Below are positions 21,839 through 24,000 of a stretch of DNA of 24,000 bases, in pieces. Position numbers and translations under genes: made by a program. Positions within the stretch are counted from its first letter, which is position 1. Every line of letters begins with the position of its first letter. Location: positions 1 through 24,000 of the forward strand of contig CAYYTW010000012.1 in NCBI GenBank assembly GCA_964474765.1. The letters are read 5' to 3'. Under the pieces are notes generated by a model that did no database searches, was not told the origin of the DNA, and was given only the letters and a program-made list of their open reading frames with translations. This stretch comes from an uncultured Candidatus Saccharibacteria bacterium (GTDB lineage Bacteria > Patescibacteriota > Minisyncoccia > Portnoybacterales > GCA-002795985).

Positions 21839-23668
21839 ATGTGCGGAATAGTCGGATACATCGGAAAGAATAAGGCCTATCCTATTTTAATGGATGGGTT
21901 AAAGAGGTTGGAGTATCGAGGTTATGATAGCGCCGGTTTCGCGGTGGCGGAGAACGGCGGAGTCGCGATGCTCAAAGCCGTCGGCAGAGTGGGGGAATTA
22001 GAAAAGCAAGTCGGTAATCGTGATTTTTCGGGAACAGCCGGAATTGCTCACACGCGTTGGGCAACTCACGGCAGACCGTCAAAAGAAAATGCCCATCCGC
22101 ATACCGACTGCCGCCAGGAAATTTTCCTGGTTCATAACGGGATTATCGAGAATTACAAAGAATTGAAGGAAAGCCTGAAAAAGCGTGGGCACCGATTTTC
22201 TTCGGAAACTGACTCGGAGGTTGTCGCGCATCTGATAGAAGAGTATTATCAGGAAGACTGTTTGGAAGAAGCGGTACGGAAAGCTCTTTTAAAAGTAGCG
22301 GGAACTTATGGCATAGCGGTCTTGAGCCGACGGGAGCCGAATAAGATTGTTGCCGCTCGCAAAGGCAGCCCGTTGATTTTGGGAGTCGGCAAAGACGAAT
22401 TTATTATTGCTTCTGATGTGGCGGCGATCATTCGCTACACCGATAGAGTGGTTTATTTGAACGACGGCGAGATGGTCGTGGTTAGCCGCGATGGCTACGA
22501 AGTAAGCAATTTGGAAAGAATCAGAATTGATAAGCGCGTCGATCGGGTTGATTGGAGTATTGAAGAAGCGGAAAAACAGGGATTCGCGCATTTCATGCTG
22601 AAAGAAATTTTTGAGCAGCCTGAGGCGATTGGAAACGCGATTCGGGGCCGCGTCTTGTCCACTGATGGCAATGCCAAGCTGGGCGGACTCGAAGATGTCA
22701 GGGAGCGTTTGAAAGAAATAAATCGGCTGGTCATTGTCGCCTGCGGCACGGCGTATTATGCCGGTTTGGTCGGTAAATATATGCTGGAAGAATACGCCGG
22801 GATTCGCGCCGATGTTGAATATGGTTCGGAATTTCGCTACCGAAAGCCGATTTTAGATTCTAAAACCGCGGTTCTGGCTGTTTCTCAATCCGGTGAAACG
22901 GCTGATACTTTGGCGGCGGTCAGGGAAGCGAAGAATAAAGGCGCGTTAGCTCTGGGCATTGTTAATGCCGTCGGTTCGACTATTGCCCGCGAAACCGAGG
23001 CCGGAATTTATAATCACGCCGGGCCGGAAATCGGCGTGGCCTCAACCAAGGCGTTTACTTCTCAGTTGGCTATTCTAGCGTTACTAACCGTTTTTCTGGG
23101 TCGCCAGCGACAAATGTCTTGCGTGATGGGAAAAAGAATTCTTAATGAATTGGCCGAAATAAAAAATTATATCAAGGCGATTCTGAAACAGGCGAAAGAG
23201 ATAGAAAAAATCGCGCGGAAATATTTCGGATTTTCCAATTTCCTATATCTCGGCCGAAAGTATAATTACCCGATTGCCCTTGAAGGCGCGCTCAAAATCA
23301 AGGAAATCGCTTATGTTCATGCCGAGGGTTATCCTTTCGGCGAAATGAAACATGGCTCAATTGCCTTGATCGACGAGGAATTTCCTTCAGTCGTCATTGT
23401 TACCAAAGATAGCGTTTATGAAAAAACGATTTCCGGCGTTCAGGAAATCAAAGCGCGAGGCGGAAAAATTATCGCTATTGCCACAGTTGGGGATAAAGAG
23501 ATAAAAAAACTGGTTGATGATGTCATCTATATCCCCAAAACTTTAGAAATGCTGACGCCGCTGATTTCTGTTGTTCCTCTCCAGCTGTTAGCTTACTATT
23601 TCGGCGTTCAAAAAGGTTTAGACGTGGATAAGCCCCGCAACCTTGCCAAAAGCGTGACGGTTGAATAG
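21839..23668 (+). CDS. glmS: Glutamine--fructose-6-phosphate aminotransferase (isomerising)
   Basis: MCGIVGYIG Ntn-amidotransferase start, HTRWATHG, two SIS domains (SQSGETADT) and the C-terminal PRNLAKSVTVE. A strong RBS GAAGGAGGG lies upstream. Confidence 0.95.
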   Translation: MCGIVGYIGKNKAYPILMDGLKRLEYRGYDSAGFAVAENGGVAMLKAVGRVGELEKQVGNRDFSGTAGIAHTRWATHGRPSKENAHPHTDCRQEIFLVHNGIIENYKELKESLKKRGHRFSSETDSEVVAHLIEEYYQEDCLEEAVRKALLKVAGTYGIAVLSRREPNKIVAARKGSPLILGVGKDEFIIASDVAAIIRYTDRVVYLNDGEMVVVSRDGYEVSNLERIRIDKRVDRVDWSIEEAEKQGFAHFMLKEIFEQPEAIGNAIRGRVLSTDGNAKLGGLEDVRERLKEINRLVIVACGTAYYAGLVGKYMLEEYAGIRADVEYGSEFRYRKPILDSKTAVLAVSQSGETADTLAAVREAKNKGALALGIVNAVGSTIARETEAGIYNHAGPEIGVASTKAFTSQLAILALLTVFLGRQRQMSCVMGKRILNELAEIKNYIKAILKQAKEIEKIARKYFGFSNFLYLGRKYNYPIALEGALKIKEIAYVHAEGYPFGEMKHGSIALIDEEFPSVVIVTKDSVYEKTISGVQEIKARGGKIIAIATVGDKEIKKLVDDVIYIPKTLEMLTPLISVVPLQLLAYYFGVQKGLDVDKPRNLAKSVTVE

Positions 23669-23680
23669 GGTTGCAAAAAA

Positions 23681-23700
23681 TAATTATTCTTAATTTCTAA
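23681..23700 (+). repeat. AT-rich intergenic repeat, short copy C (downstream of the glmS stop)
   Basis: taattattct + taatttctaa equals 4204-4213 + 4222-4231, which is copy A with 8 nt (aattaacc) deleted. Confidence 0.7.
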
Positions 23701-23704
23701 ACGG

Positions 23705-23727
23705 GCCGCGACCACGCGGCTTTTTTG
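23705..23727 (+). terminator. Rho-independent terminator after glmS
   Basis: gccgcg (23705-23710) pairs with cgcggc (23715-23720), loop acca, followed by TTTTTT. Confidence 0.8.
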
Positions 23728-23757
23728 TATTGAAAAACCGCCCTGACAATAGAGCGG

Positions 23758-24000
23758 TTACAGCGCGAATTCATAAACTCTTTTTTGGGGATTCCATTTG
23801 AAACCCATTCTTTTCGCGGTGACGTCATAGCGTAGTTTAAGCTGGGAGTAGCTGATCAGATCTCGCCACTCGTTTTTTTCGGCCGGAAGAATTTCAACCG
23901 TTTTGAATCCCAGTTGTCGCGCTATTTCGATAACCACCTTGACCAGCAGCTTTTCCCAACGCAACGGCAAGAGCTCTTCTTGCCGATAACGCGCTCCTTG
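23758..24000 (-). CDS. Hypothetical protein, C-terminal part (ORF open to the window edge)
   Basis: The frame stays open from 23971 to 24000 (QGARYRQEEL precedes the TTG used by the ORF track), so the true start is probably outside the window. No family recognised. Confidence 0.4.
   Translation of the reverse strand, partial: QGARYRQEELLPLRWEKLLVKVVIEIARQLGFKTVEILPAEKNEWRDLISYSQLKLRYDVTAKRMGFKWNPQKRVYEFAL

Noticed and set aside
876-22749. Numerous 60-140-aa minus-strand and off-frame ORFs in the track (for example 876-1256, 4395-4811, 5389-5706, 9059-9406, 19488-19895, 22289-22591)
   Set aside because: All lie inside well-supported + strand genes and have low-complexity or Arg/Ser/Pro-rich shadow-frame composition and no motifs. 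I treat them as antisense or alternative-frame artefacts.
1-24000. Alternative genetic code (TGA recoding as in some CPR lineages)
   Set aside because: Several well-conserved genes (ychF, uppS, HExxH/mltG overlap) end at TGA at the expected protein length, with the next gene starting right after. Standard code 11 fits.
1-24000. CRISPR arrays, tRNA/rRNA genes, transposases, integrases, toxin-antitoxin pairs or known defence genes
   Set aside because: There are no regularly spaced direct repeats, no tRNA-like T-arm/acceptor patterns in the spacers, and no ORFs with recombinase, nuclease or defence hallmarks.

Overview
The window is a gene-dense segment in which everything is on the + strand except one partial ORF at the right edge. 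It reads under the standard genetic code and looks moderately AT-rich by eye. I found no rRNA, tRNA, CRISPR array, transposase or integrase. The gene content and the style of the intergenic repeats suggest a small-genome, CPR/Patescibacteria-like bacterium, but that is inference only.

Gene order, left to right:
- A tight four-gene operon: metal-type ABC ATPase, ABC-3 permease, DUF134 and YibE/F.
- Housekeeping genes ychF, uppS and pcm. The pcm gene carries an in-frame palindromic insertion of about 100 nt.
- A cytoplasmic HExxH protein whose stop overlaps the mltG start.
- An envelope island (8274-17667): two anchored unknown proteins, a 1549-aa secreted protein of repeated beta-sandwich modules, an anchored snapalysin-like mini-metzincin, a Cache/HAMP histidine kinase and a receiver-only regulator.
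- A DJ-1/PfpI protein fused to a coiled-coil tail.
- An isolated rplJ-rplL pair with a long leader and a palindromic spacer.
- yvcK(glmR-like), a HAD hydrolase and glmS.

The most interesting items:
- The envelope island is the best candidate for an undescribed system.
- The structured repeat is inserted in frame in pcm.
- A 24-nt perfect inverted repeat brackets uppS. It belongs to an AT-rich repeat family that sits just after stop codons.
- A near-consensus promoter and an in-frame ATG lie inside the DJ-1 fusion gene.
- 10-nt tandem repeats carrying ATGs sit at two gene starts.
- An anti-SD/SD three-part hairpin switch lies upstream of the HExxH gene.

All functional calls come from motif recognition by eye. 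No searches were run.
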